64,000 nt of DNA from a virus, in IMG/VR virus record IMGVR_UViG_3300024259_000012. One strand, written 5' to 3'. Position numbers and translations under genes: made by a program. The notes below the pieces were generated by a model. That model was not told the origin of the DNA. It worked only from the letters and a program-made list of their open reading frames with translations, and did no database searches. The first letter of the stretch is position 1, and each line of letters starts with the position of its first letter. Below, one piece after another: positions 39,621-48,714 of the stretch.

Positions 39621-39741
39621 AATACTTCTCCATTTTTTTACGATTGAGTTCTTTCTTATTGCGATGGTAGTATTCAAGAGCTTTCTTACGATTAGCATTT
39701 TTTAATTCTTCTTCTGTTTTATATTTCTTTTTACGACCCAT
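39577..39741 (-). CDS. 54-aa basic MGRKK-family protein
   Basis: MGRKKKYKTEEELKNANRKKALEYYHRNKKELNRKKMEKYYEE; GAGGAG SD. Confidence 0.75.
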   Translation of the reverse strand: MGRKKKYKTEEELKNANRKKALEYYHRNKKELNRKKMEKYYEEKKRREMGEGVS

Positions 39742-39793
39742 TATACTACTCCTCTCAATAATAAATATCAGTAAAGTAAAAAAAGTAAAGTAA

Positions 39794-39988
39794 TTATTTA
39801 TTTTTTTTAGGATAATCTGTGATGTGAAACCCTGTACCTCTGAATTGAGGTCTCCCAACTTGAGACACCGACCGTTTCATTGGAAGCATACAATCCACAC
39901 ATATCGGAAAATTATTCCGGTCATCATACGAACATATGCGCTCCGCTTTATAGTCACACGTCGTACAATAGTATTCGTATATGGGCAT
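39794..39988 (-). CDS. FmdB-family Zn-ribbon protein
   Basis: MPIYEYYC..C...C..C...FRGTGFHITDY. Confidence 0.85.
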   Translation of the reverse strand: MPIYEYYCTTCDYKAERICSYDDRNNFPICVDCMLPMKRSVSQVGRPQFRGTGFHITDYPKKNK

Positions 39989-40263
39989 TAGCCAATCCGT
40001 GCTTCAGACGCAATCTTTAAAAATCGTTCGGGGACGGCACCACATGCTACACAGCTAAATACTGGGACCGGTGCAATTTCCTCATTCCCAGTACCACTCA
40101 TGATGGGTGATATAATTTTTAAAATTACGCTGTCTTCAAACAGCCCACTTCCACATTCTGTACATACCACACTATCACATTTTGACAGGTCTACCTTTGG
40201 TGGCGTCGCCGACGATGCATGTGGTAAGTTCTCTAAAAAATTATTATCTACTGGTGTATCCAT
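39988..40263 (-). CDS. Zn-ribbon hypothetical protein
   Basis: CTEC...CVAC. Confidence 0.7.
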   Translation of the reverse strand: MDTPVDNNFLENLPHASSATPPKVDLSKCDSVVCTECGSGLFEDSVILKIISPIMSGTGNEEIAPVPVFSCVACGAVPERFLKIASEARIG

Positions 40264-40274
40264 TATTCTATCTC

Positions 40275-41195
40275 CTATTTAATCTCGTTTAATATTTCAA
40301 TTAGTGTTGCCATAAAGCAAATTTCTTTATCTATAACCAAGGCGTCCGCCTTTTGTCCTTCATTTAAAATCATAATAATCTGCGCCAAATGGTCGGTTGC
40401 AAAGTCATCAAGATTGCTATATAAAAATGCATACATCTCGCTAAATTGTGTTATGGAGTTGTCTGCGAGCAGTTGTCTTGAATTTTTGAATGCATCCTTC
40501 TTATTGTCCGTTTTCAATATTTCAAGTATTTTCAATTTGTAATCATTTTCGATAACTGCGTGCGTATCCACAGTTAATGTCCCATCAACAGACTGCTTTT
40601 GTAAGTTATTGATAACCCGCCTGATATCTGGATAACTACTGTTCACAATCAACGCAATATCCTTGATGTCAAATTCAACATTTTCCCGAGCTAACACGGA
40701 CGTGGCGTGAACCGCAACTTCCTTCTTTGATGGTGGAATGATTTCAAATATTTGACATCTACTTTGTACGGGGTCGATTATGCGCTCCACATAATTGCAA
40801 GTCAAAATGAATCGAGTTGTTCTACTGAACGTCTCCATGGTATTTCTAAGTGCGGCCTGTGCATTCGGCGTTAAGAAATCAGCTTCATCTAAAATAACAA
40901 GCTTCAAATCTTTAAAGCCAACTGAGCTTGCAAATGGTATAATCTCATTTCGAATGAAATCAACCCCACCCTTATCGGATGCATTGATATACATGTGGTC
41001 ACACTCTATCGAATTGTGAAGCATTTTTCCAAGAGTTGTCTTGCCTGTTCCGGCTGGTCCATATAACAATAAATGTGGAACGTCCCCACTGTCTAAGAAA
41101 CGTTGAAGTTTCTCTTTGAGGTGAACATTGCCCACGAATGTGTCCAATGTTGTTGGGCGATACTTCTCCGCCCAAAGTGAATTTTCTCTAACCAT
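40275..41195 (-). CDS. clamp loader AAA+ subunit (T4 gp44/RFC-small-like)
   Basis: WAEKYRP, GPAGTGKTT, LDEAD, SRC. Confidence 0.95.
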   Translation of the reverse strand: MVRENSLWAEKYRPTTLDTFVGNVHLKEKLQRFLDSGDVPHLLLYGPAGTGKTTLGKMLHNSIECDHMYINASDKGGVDFIRNEIIPFASSVGFKDLKLVILDEADFLTPNAQAALRNTMETFSRTTRFILTCNYVERIIDPVQSRCQIFEIIPPSKKEVAVHATSVLARENVEFDIKDIALIVNSSYPDIRRVINNLQKQSVDGTLTVDTHAVIENDYKLKILEILKTDNKKDAFKNSRQLLADNSITQFSEMYAFLYSNLDDFATDHLAQIIMILNEGQKADALVIDKEICFMATLIEILNEIK

Positions 41196-41258
41196 AACTG
41201 TTCTTCCTTTATAACCTTATATACTTATATATAAATAGTGTGTCAATTCCTCAAACGA

Positions 41259-43751
41259 TTAAAAAAATCGGTCAAGCGTGTATTTTTTATTTTGGGGCAT
41301 GTCCCAATCCAATGCATCATACAATTTCTGAATCTTGCCGTTCAACAGCTTTTCATACATTTTGCCATAATCAATATATTCATTGAGGAATGTTAAGATT
41401 TCCTTGGGGTCTTCGTAGCCCTTGTATGCAAGCGAGTTAATTTTAAATATGTTGTCCTTGAGATATACAACCTTTATCTTATCACCGCCTCGTATTGGAA
41501 GGTATGACCCTCCGATGTTCATGTGTACCAATAAGTCATTATATGCCAAGGCAGACTTCACATGAATTGGCGTTCCCTTTTTATATTTATGAAATAACCC
41601 ACCCTTTGCATTCTGATATTTTTTAAGAGTTTTGACCCCCGTTGGCCCTGCGATATCATCCACCGGTAAAAATTCAACCCCGTCTTTAAAATCAATAATA
41701 CGCTCATCTATTTTATCCTTTGGAACATTGGCTAAAATATCTTCAAGTATGTTTTGCAGGTTGCCCCTGAAAGCGGATGGAAAATTACTACGAACCGTAT
41801 CAAGCCCCTTAACCTCAAGCTTATCGACCTTAACACCATTGTCATTGATAATTCTCAGACCATAGCGTTTTTTGGTTACGAAAAACCCAGACTTGGCAAT
41901 CAATTCTTGCTTAATCTCAAACCGGTGCGCCCCTCGAACATTGCAAAACCTCTGCGCAAAATAATTATACGAATTATTGATATACGCCTGAACTTCACCG
42001 GCAATCAGCCGGATATTTTCGGCCATTAGCACATCATTCATTTTCTTCTTCGGAAACTTATGTTTTATAAGTGGAACCGAGCTTAAAAATAAGGAATCAG
42101 TATCAACGTATATTACATAATCCTTATCCGTTCCCAACGTGTCATTATAATAATGATTTGCAATTTTCTTGGAAAATTTAATTAAATCCACCCCCGTTGC
42201 AGTTACTGCAAGGGCATTGTCAAGGTCATAAAATCTAAATCCTGGGAGTCCCAATGTTCCATACAAAGAATTCAATAGAATCTTTTGAATATGCTGTCTG
42301 CGATTGAAATAATCGTACTTAACATTGTCGCCCGCATCGGCATATTTCTTGGCAAGTTTTCGAAACTCTACACGACTCTCAAACCAATCAACAAGCAGTG
42401 ATGGAACCAATCCACGTTTTGTGGTTTTGTATAGTATTCCATTAGACGAAATTGAACATGGCGTTCGCTTAAAAAACGTTTTCAATTCGTCCGATGATAG
42501 ATGTTGCATGGCGGCAGTTTTGTATTTAACATCATATATCGCCTCAGTGTCCCCGACAAAGTTTCCAGTATCCCAATTTTTCACATATCCAACTTTAGTC
42601 TCTGGAGAAATATTAAGGGACATAATGATGCTTGGATACATGGACGTTAAATCCAAATCGTATATCCAATCCCATCTACCCTTTTGGGGTGGTTGGATAT
42701 ATGCTCCGGCGAAGTGCGAATCTTCATTATCATTGGCCACTCGATTTGGTGCTACGATACCGTGGCGTTTTAAATACACGAGCATTGCACCTTCCAAGAA
42801 GCGGCTTGAAAAATATACGTCCTCGTATGGAACGTGCCCCAAATGGCATGTTCCTCGTGCGATTTCAATGAAATTCAACTTATCATCAAGCAGTTTTATT
42901 AGCCTAACATCATGAATATTGTATTCCACGAATTTCTCAATATCATCTTCATAAAGCGTTACCAACGTGCCGTCATATTCAATTTTTTGGCCAACCTTTT
43001 CGTGCTGTCCAACAGCGTCCAATCGGTAGCTACTTAACTGACTGAATGTAAAATTCTTGTACAGTTTCAAATAATCTAAGCATGACACGCCCGCAATCTT
43101 ATACCCACCTTTGAAATCATTCCACTCCACTATCCCGATAGGTGATAACGAATTGGCTATTTCATGGTCAACCACTTGAAGTGACCTGTTATAAATGTAT
43201 GGTATATCAAATCCATCAATGTTCCATCCAGTTAAAATGGTCGGAGCCAATTCATCATAAATCTGATAGAACCTATGCAACAAATCCTTCTCAGTGTCAA
43301 ACACTTCTATAGACTCATTCTCGGTTTGCGAATCATGAATGCGATTATGCTCGTCCAACACAACGGTATAATATTTATCAGCCGCCATGTCACATAATGT
43401 TATGGCATTAATTCTATCTGAAGCGATTTCAGGATATGGAAACCCATCCGTTACCTCAACTTCAATATCAAGCGCAACAACGGTGTGGCCGGTGGACGGC
43501 TCATCATCCGCCATATATGTGTCAATTAGCACACGAGTTGCGGGCGAAACATCACTTTCAAACAAATCTTTATCAGTTTTGTTCCATTGAGTTACCCGCT
43601 GTAATTTATCACCATACAATGAAACGGCAGTGCCATTTGAACTTTTCTTGTATGCATATTTTTTATACGGAAACGTCGTATATCCATCTACATCGTCCCA
43701 TAGATGAACCTTTGGACGACCGCTGTAATCCACGTAAATATTTTTATAAAT
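41259..43751 (-). CDS. family B DNA polymerase, probable ATT start
   Basis: DIE, WNIDGFD, YNIHD, DLTSMYPS, KILLNSLYG, YVDTDS, KKRY; GGAG-N6-ATT TAT AAA AAT (MYKNIY). Confidence 0.95.
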   Translation of the reverse strand: MYKNIYVDYSGRPKVHLWDDVDGYTTFPYKKYAYKKSSNGTAVSLYGDKLQRVTQWNKTDKDLFESDVSPATRVLIDTYMADDEPSTGHTVVALDIEVEVTDGFPYPEIASDRINAITLCDMAADKYYTVVLDEHNRIHDSQTENESIEVFDTEKDLLHRFYQIYDELAPTILTGWNIDGFDIPYIYNRSLQVVDHEIANSLSPIGIVEWNDFKGGYKIAGVSCLDYLKLYKNFTFSQLSSYRLDAVGQHEKVGQKIEYDGTLVTLYEDDIEKFVEYNIHDVRLIKLLDDKLNFIEIARGTCHLGHVPYEDVYFSSRFLEGAMLVYLKRHGIVAPNRVANDNEDSHFAGAYIQPPQKGRWDWIYDLDLTSMYPSIIMSLNISPETKVGYVKNWDTGNFVGDTEAIYDVKYKTAAMQHLSSDELKTFFKRTPCSISSNGILYKTTKRGLVPSLLVDWFESRVEFRKLAKKYADAGDNVKYDYFNRRQHIQKILLNSLYGTLGLPGFRFYDLDNALAVTATGVDLIKFSKKIANHYYNDTLGTDKDYVIYVDTDSLFLSSVPLIKHKFPKKKMNDVLMAENIRLIAGEVQAYINNSYNYFAQRFCNVRGAHRFEIKQELIAKSGFFVTKKRYGLRIINDNGVKVDKLEVKGLDTVRSNFPSAFRGNLQNILEDILANVPKDKIDERIIDFKDGVEFLPVDDIAGPTGVKTLKKYQNAKGGLFHKYKKGTPIHVKSALAYNDLLVHMNIGGSYLPIRGGDKIKVVYLKDNIFKINSLAYKGYEDPKEILTFLNEYIDYGKMYEKLLNGKIQKLYDALDWDMPQNKKYTLDRFF

Positions 43752-43760
43752 GTTCGACTC

Positions 43761-44069
43761 CTATTCGTTGATAAATAACATTCCTGGGTAGTGCTCCACA
43801 AGTATGTCATGCTGGTCAATGTCACTTTCGAAATATGTATCCATTAGTGGCAGTGATTCCAACACTGCGAGTTTATGTTCAACAATTGTTTTAAATGTAA
43901 CCAGTGAGTTTGGTGCGGGGTTATAATATACAACATTATAAATGCCCTTTGAATATAATAGCTTATTAAATTTGATAGCTTCTTCATAACTGATGCCAGT
44001 TATAATAATGTCATCATCCTTTAAAGTGTTATATTTTCCTTCCAAGCTTGGAAATGAAAATCCTCTCAT
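43761..44069 (-). CDS. hypothetical protein, possibly a degenerate HAD fold
   Basis: IITG.S.EE, HK, YFESD..Q; lacks the N-terminal DxD. Confidence 0.5.
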   Translation of the reverse strand: MRGFSFPSLEGKYNTLKDDDIIITGISYEEAIKFNKLLYSKGIYNVVYYNPAPNSLVTFKTIVEHKLAVLESLPLMDTYFESDIDQHDILVEHYPGMLFINE

Positions 44070-44071
44070 TC

Positions 44072-46072
44072 TTACTCCTCGTTTTCTGGCTGTGCAACAA
44101 CATCTTCAATTAAGCACGTCTGTGAATCACAGAATCGCTCAATTTCAGCTTCTTCCCCTCTGACCTTAACAAAGCTAAGGTATTTCAAATTGCTACGTTG
44201 TTTGGCGTACTCTTCTTCTGTAATCTCTTCGTATGGCATCTGCTTGTAGGCACCTACCTCAGTCTTTGGTAAGAAGGAAATTCCCTTCAATTGATACTGA
44301 AAAAAGTTCAGTGCAAATGGCAGTTGGTGACCTTCGGTTTCTGGGTCAAATGTAATGGTTGAACTAACCTGATTGTCCGACCAATATTTTTGCATGAAAG
44401 CTGTCAATGACAACTGTTCCCACATTGATAGGTCGCTTACCGTGCGTATTCCAGCACCAACATCAACCGGAATCTCAACTACAACCGTTGACTGCTCTGA
44501 GCCAAAGGCGGGTTCAATTTTATACCCCGCATTTTTCAATGGCGTCAACAATTTACTGTGATTAGATAACCTAACCCTGCGAATATAAAATCGTGATTCC
44601 GGATAGTGTAATCCAGGGGTGGCACCTGCTAATAATGATACTGTCCCGCTTGGCTTGATAGACGTTAATTTAATGCTCCGTGGTATTGCAAACCAATCGG
44701 AATAAACTTCATCCCACCGTTGCAACTCTTCATACCCATGTTCTGCCCAATCCTTTAATTCATGGATGCCACGGTTCGTAATGAACTGAGCAATGCCACT
44801 CATTGAAGTTCCTATTCTGCGATTTCTGAGCATGACTCTATTTGTCTCAGGCCAATGAGTTTGTCCTAATGTGACAGTTTTGGCATACAGATACGCATAC
44901 TTTAATGTTCGTAAATAATCTTCTCTTGATGTATGATTTTCGGGAAATGTTTCAACGAGACAACAAAGCTCGTATGATTCTAACGACTGTTCAAGGCAAG
45001 GGTTCCCACCTTTTACTCGCTTGTCTTTCCAATCTTTTCCATTCCGCATACGGGAATAGCTTTGCATGTTTTCCAACCATGCAAATCCTGGCTCTCCATT
45101 GTCATTGATTCTCTCACATACTGGAGCATAATCCATGCCAAGTTCTGCGAATATAGAATTATTTGATGTCCACCCATATTCTTCTCGCTGTGGGTTTACT
45201 TCATAATTTTTAAGGTCAAGGTATTCATCATCTGTGGGGTCACCAAATACAATTTCAGCAGTGCGTCTCACATTGCCTGCCACAACACATTTTCCAATAA
45301 GATTCATAATGTCCACAATTGTCGTAATCGTAAGCGGGCTTCCGGAATTTCCATCCAATGTTTTACGCACAGTTTCAATAGCCTCTTCTAAGGGCTTGTA
45401 GCCGCTACTGGTGCCACCGAACCCTTTAATGGGGTCTCCCTCTGGCCTCACCAACGAATAGTCGTATTCGAGCACTGAGGTGCCTTGAAAGTAACTTTCA
45501 ATCAACAGCTTCATTGCTTCAACCCAACCTTCACGAGTATCCGGAACTTGAAACGTCTCCACCTGCCTCGTTGCGTTTGGTCCTTTTACAATAATCTTAC
45601 CTGCACCCTTGGTATCAAATCCAACTCCAACTCCAAGCATCGAAGCGTCCATGAGAAAGGTGAATGGCTTTGCCAAATCGTCTTTGATTGTTTCGGTGGA
45701 TACAAATGCACAGTTATTGAGTGCCGCATACAAATTCTTCTCTTCAGTAATCGGCGTCCCCATTGCCCACAATCCACGACCTGGCGGTAAAAATTTCATC
45801 TCGAAAATACGCTCATACATCTCTTGCGCCGACCTCTGCGCTTGCCAAGCGTTCCATTGCAATTGCATACCATCAATCCATTTTTTCTGCATGTTGTATG
45901 TACCTTCAACTACACGCTTGACGGTTTCCCACCATTGTTCATTTGAACCATCTTCTTTAATACGTGAATAGGTTCTCATGTATACCAATGCACCCAACCC
46001 GTTAAACCCAAATGGTGCTCTTTTTCTTTTATACCCATTCAGAAAATTATCTGATAAGCTAAATTTTGTCAT
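44072..46072 (-). CDS. nrdJ: class II (adenosylcobalamin) monomeric ribonucleotide reductase
   Basis: LPPGRGLW, NNCAF, NPCLEQ, CCLVE, SIKPSGT, C-terminal CDSQTC. Confidence 0.95.
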   Translation of the reverse strand: MTKFSLSDNFLNGYKRKRAPFGFNGLGALVYMRTYSRIKEDGSNEQWWETVKRVVEGTYNMQKKWIDGMQLQWNAWQAQRSAQEMYERIFEMKFLPPGRGLWAMGTPITEEKNLYAALNNCAFVSTETIKDDLAKPFTFLMDASMLGVGVGFDTKGAGKIIVKGPNATRQVETFQVPDTREGWVEAMKLLIESYFQGTSVLEYDYSLVRPEGDPIKGFGGTSSGYKPLEEAIETVRKTLDGNSGSPLTITTIVDIMNLIGKCVVAGNVRRTAEIVFGDPTDDEYLDLKNYEVNPQREEYGWTSNNSIFAELGMDYAPVCERINDNGEPGFAWLENMQSYSRMRNGKDWKDKRVKGGNPCLEQSLESYELCCLVETFPENHTSREDYLRTLKYAYLYAKTVTLGQTHWPETNRVMLRNRRIGTSMSGIAQFITNRGIHELKDWAEHGYEELQRWDEVYSDWFAIPRSIKLTSIKPSGTVSLLAGATPGLHYPESRFYIRRVRLSNHSKLLTPLKNAGYKIEPAFGSEQSTVVVEIPVDVGAGIRTVSDLSMWEQLSLTAFMQKYWSDNQVSSTITFDPETEGHQLPFALNFFQYQLKGISFLPKTEVGAYKQMPYEEITEEEYAKQRSNLKYLSFVKVRGEEAEIERFCDSQTCLIEDVVAQPENEE

Positions 46073-46286
46073 TATTATTTCTCCTCGTTTCTCCGCCTAT
46101 TAATATTTGCTCAGCCATCTTTTTCAATCGCTGTCTATCTCGTTCTATTTGGTCTGGATGTGGAATAGATGTCGGCTTCCCCATATATGCCTTCGGAACC
46201 GCAAGCGACTCCAACATTTTCTTTTGAAGATATTCTATATCAGATATTGGAACAACTTCATACATCCTATAATTACACCACGCCAT
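46059..46286 (-). CDS. small protein with a portal-like motif
   Basis: DIEYLQKKMLESLAVPKAYMG. Confidence 0.55.
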   Translation of the reverse strand: MAWCNYRMYEVVPISDIEYLQKKMLESLAVPKAYMGKPTSIPHPDQIERDRQRLKKMAEQILIGGETRRNNNDKI

Positions 46287-47665
46287 TATTCAAATCCACC
46301 CGTTTTCTCCTCATCAACAACAAGCGTTTGATATTTCTTTGACAATTCTCTACGCTTGAATTCTTCTCGGTCATCCATGCGACCCTGTTGCTTTTGACCG
46401 TTATGTGACAGCTCCTCATACATCTCAAAGATGCCCGAGTCGGTATTCATCTTCATTGGTAGTGTTATTCCGTCCCGACCAAAGCGATTTTTGATTATGT
46501 GACACCTTCCAGTGTCCGCAATCTTATCTTCAACTTTACGACTGATTGACATTACAAAATCTGCGGTCATCACCTTTGAATAATCTTCGGCGATTTTCTC
46601 TGCACCAATTATGTCCTCTTCCAATGAACTCCTTGAGGACTGTGAAGCTGTCCAAACTGGAACTCCAAGTTCTCCGGCCATTCCACGTAAATCTTCATAA
46701 ATACGTCGTAATTGAAATCTTAAATCTTTTGCTCCGGATGTGTCTCTGAGCAAATCAGCATAGTCCACGACAATCAAATCGGGCTGTATTTGCTGTAATT
46801 CCATTTGCTTGATATGCGCCATCAGTGTAGTCACTCCGGCACCACGCTGTGGATAATATTTAACAGTCATGTTACCGGCCAAACCACTGAGTGCCTTTGC
46901 AACATCTTCTTTGTGATATTTAATATTCGCCGTTGGGACGTGACTAAAAATAGTATCGAACCGTGTACCCACATAATGCTCATTCAATTCCAACGTATAA
47001 TAAACTACCTTCAATCCGGCTCTAATCCCTGCGGCGGCGATTGCTTGAAGTATCCACGACTTACCAATACCTGCGGGTGCAACCACAACCCCAAGTTCTC
47101 CGGCGGCCAGCCCACCGTCCATCAATTCTGAAAGTGCATTCCATGGTGTCGCTATTGTATCTCTTACATTTTTTGTCAATCTTGCTTCCAATCCTGTTAT
47201 ATAATCATGTCCCAAATCTCTCGGGGCACCCGCCTTCATGGCTTCATCAATCAAACCTTTGATTGCGTCGTATTCTCCTGATTCCAACAAATCTACCGAA
47301 TCAATAATTGCAGTTTTTAACACCTGATTTTTACAGAATTCAAGTATCTTTTCCTGCACAAATTCCAAGTCGGTTGCTTCCAACTGAGACCACGCCGCTT
47401 TCAGTTTCTCTATAACTGATACCTGTAAGATATCATTCTCAATATCATCGACCTGAATCTTTAATACGTCCAATGTTGGAATGTGCTTATACTTGAAAAA
47501 GTATTCTGAAATGTGCTCGACCAACCATTTGTTGCCGTCGCTGTCAAACATATCAGGATTGAGAATATCACCTATTTGTTGAATAAAAGATGTGTCCTTC
47601 AGCAGTGATGTTACAACTTTGGTTTGGAATGAATTTCCAAATCTGCTTAGAGTTTCCTCTGACAT
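46286..47665 (-). CDS. DnaB-like replicative helicase (T4 gp41-like)
   Basis: APAGIGKS, VDYADL, WTASQ, KNRFG. Confidence 0.95.
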   Translation of the reverse strand: MSEETLSRFGNSFQTKVVTSLLKDTSFIQQIGDILNPDMFDSDGNKWLVEHISEYFFKYKHIPTLDVLKIQVDDIENDILQVSVIEKLKAAWSQLEATDLEFVQEKILEFCKNQVLKTAIIDSVDLLESGEYDAIKGLIDEAMKAGAPRDLGHDYITGLEARLTKNVRDTIATPWNALSELMDGGLAAGELGVVVAPAGIGKSWILQAIAAAGIRAGLKVVYYTLELNEHYVGTRFDTIFSHVPTANIKYHKEDVAKALSGLAGNMTVKYYPQRGAGVTTLMAHIKQMELQQIQPDLIVVDYADLLRDTSGAKDLRFQLRRIYEDLRGMAGELGVPVWTASQSSRSSLEEDIIGAEKIAEDYSKVMTADFVMSISRKVEDKIADTGRCHIIKNRFGRDGITLPMKMNTDSGIFEMYEELSHNGQKQQGRMDDREEFKRRELSKKYQTLVVDEEKTGGFE

Positions 47666-47669
47666 ACCA

Positions 47670-48266
47670 TTACCTATTTTTTACGTTGCACATGGTGGTT
47701 GCTTTTTGTCGCTCACACTCAAATACAAATCGCCAAATTCGTTTTACCTTCTGCACATCAACCAACTTAATCAAATACCAGTTCCTAAGTGCCATATCGG
47801 TTAGCACGCCGGTAACATCACCTATAGTTGGGCGGGATGACCGCCAAAAATTTATGAAGTGTTGCTCCATAATTCCATTCAAACAGTTGACCCCGACCAC
47901 AGGAAATGTAAATACTAAACCGGCTTTGGGCTTCATCATTTCAAAGACAACAGGAAAAAATAGGTCTGGATACCCATATGAATCAATATCAATAAAATCA
48001 TATTTTTTTCGCTCTCCACGCAATTTGTAAATTGCATCGAAACTGCTCCCAAATTCTTCCTTGGTCATCGGCGTAACCTTACCATGCTCTTGATAATATT
48101 TTGTTAAATTTCCCTGCCCCGCAAAGACTTCCAAAATGTTGCCATGTATCAAATCTAAGTGATTATCTAACTGCGCCATCTTTTCATCTGGGTGGTGGTA
48201 CTCATCCTCGTTTCCCGCTTGCTTAGCTCGGGTTTCCTTGTGTGTCTCTTTAGTGTGCCCTACCAT
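47670..48266 (-). CDS. SAM-dependent methyltransferase-like protein
   Basis: ILEVFAGQG, YDFIDIDSYG. Confidence 0.7.
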   Translation of the reverse strand: MVGHTKETHKETRAKQAGNEDEYHHPDEKMAQLDNHLDLIHGNILEVFAGQGNLTKYYQEHGKVTPMTKEEFGSSFDAIYKLRGERKKYDFIDIDSYGYPDLFFPVVFEMMKPKAGLVFTFPVVGVNCLNGIMEQHFINFWRSSRPTIGDVTGVLTDMALRNWYLIKLVDVQKVKRIWRFVFECERQKATTMCNVKNR

Positions 48267-48663
48267 CGGTATCCTCTTCAAGCACGTCTAAAATTTTACG
48301 TGCGTATACTCTATCGTATTCTTTAATTTCGTCTGTTAATTCTTCATATGGAACCCAATAGGATTCCCAGTTTTTTAATTTATCAGAAATTTTCTTTTTC
48401 ATTCTTAGTGATGCCCTATTATTCTGCCCGTCGGGGAGTGAATCATGTGCTTCCTGTAATAATTCTGCAATTGACTTGCTCCAAGCTTCCCACTGTTGGT
48501 GTTCTAAATCTGATAATTTTTCTAACATATCAGCACTTTTTAATAACTCTATAACGTCGGTAAATTTAACATATGCTCCTCCGCCATACTTGCCAAATTC
48601 TGTTTCATCGGTGCCGCCGTAAACATCACTAACACCGTGCATTCCATATCTTTGTAGTTTCAT
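48250..48663 (-). CDS. hypothetical protein with a RyR-like motif
   Basis: LEHQQW...VPYEELTDEIKEYDR. Confidence 0.6.
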   Translation of the reverse strand: MKLQRYGMHGVSDVYGGTDETEFGKYGGGAYVKFTDVIELLKSADMLEKLSDLEHQQWEAWSKSIAELLQEAHDSLPDGQNNRASLRMKKKISDKLKNWESYWVPYEELTDEIKEYDRVYARKILDVLEEDTDGRAH

Positions 48664-48714
48664 AACATTTCTCCTTGTTTCTTTGCGTATAAATACTTAT
48701 CATATATACTGTTA

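Noticed and set aside
41259-47665. Inteins or introns in PolB, NrdJ and DnaB
   Set aside because: Lengths are typical, motifs are contiguous and there are no splice-junction signatures.
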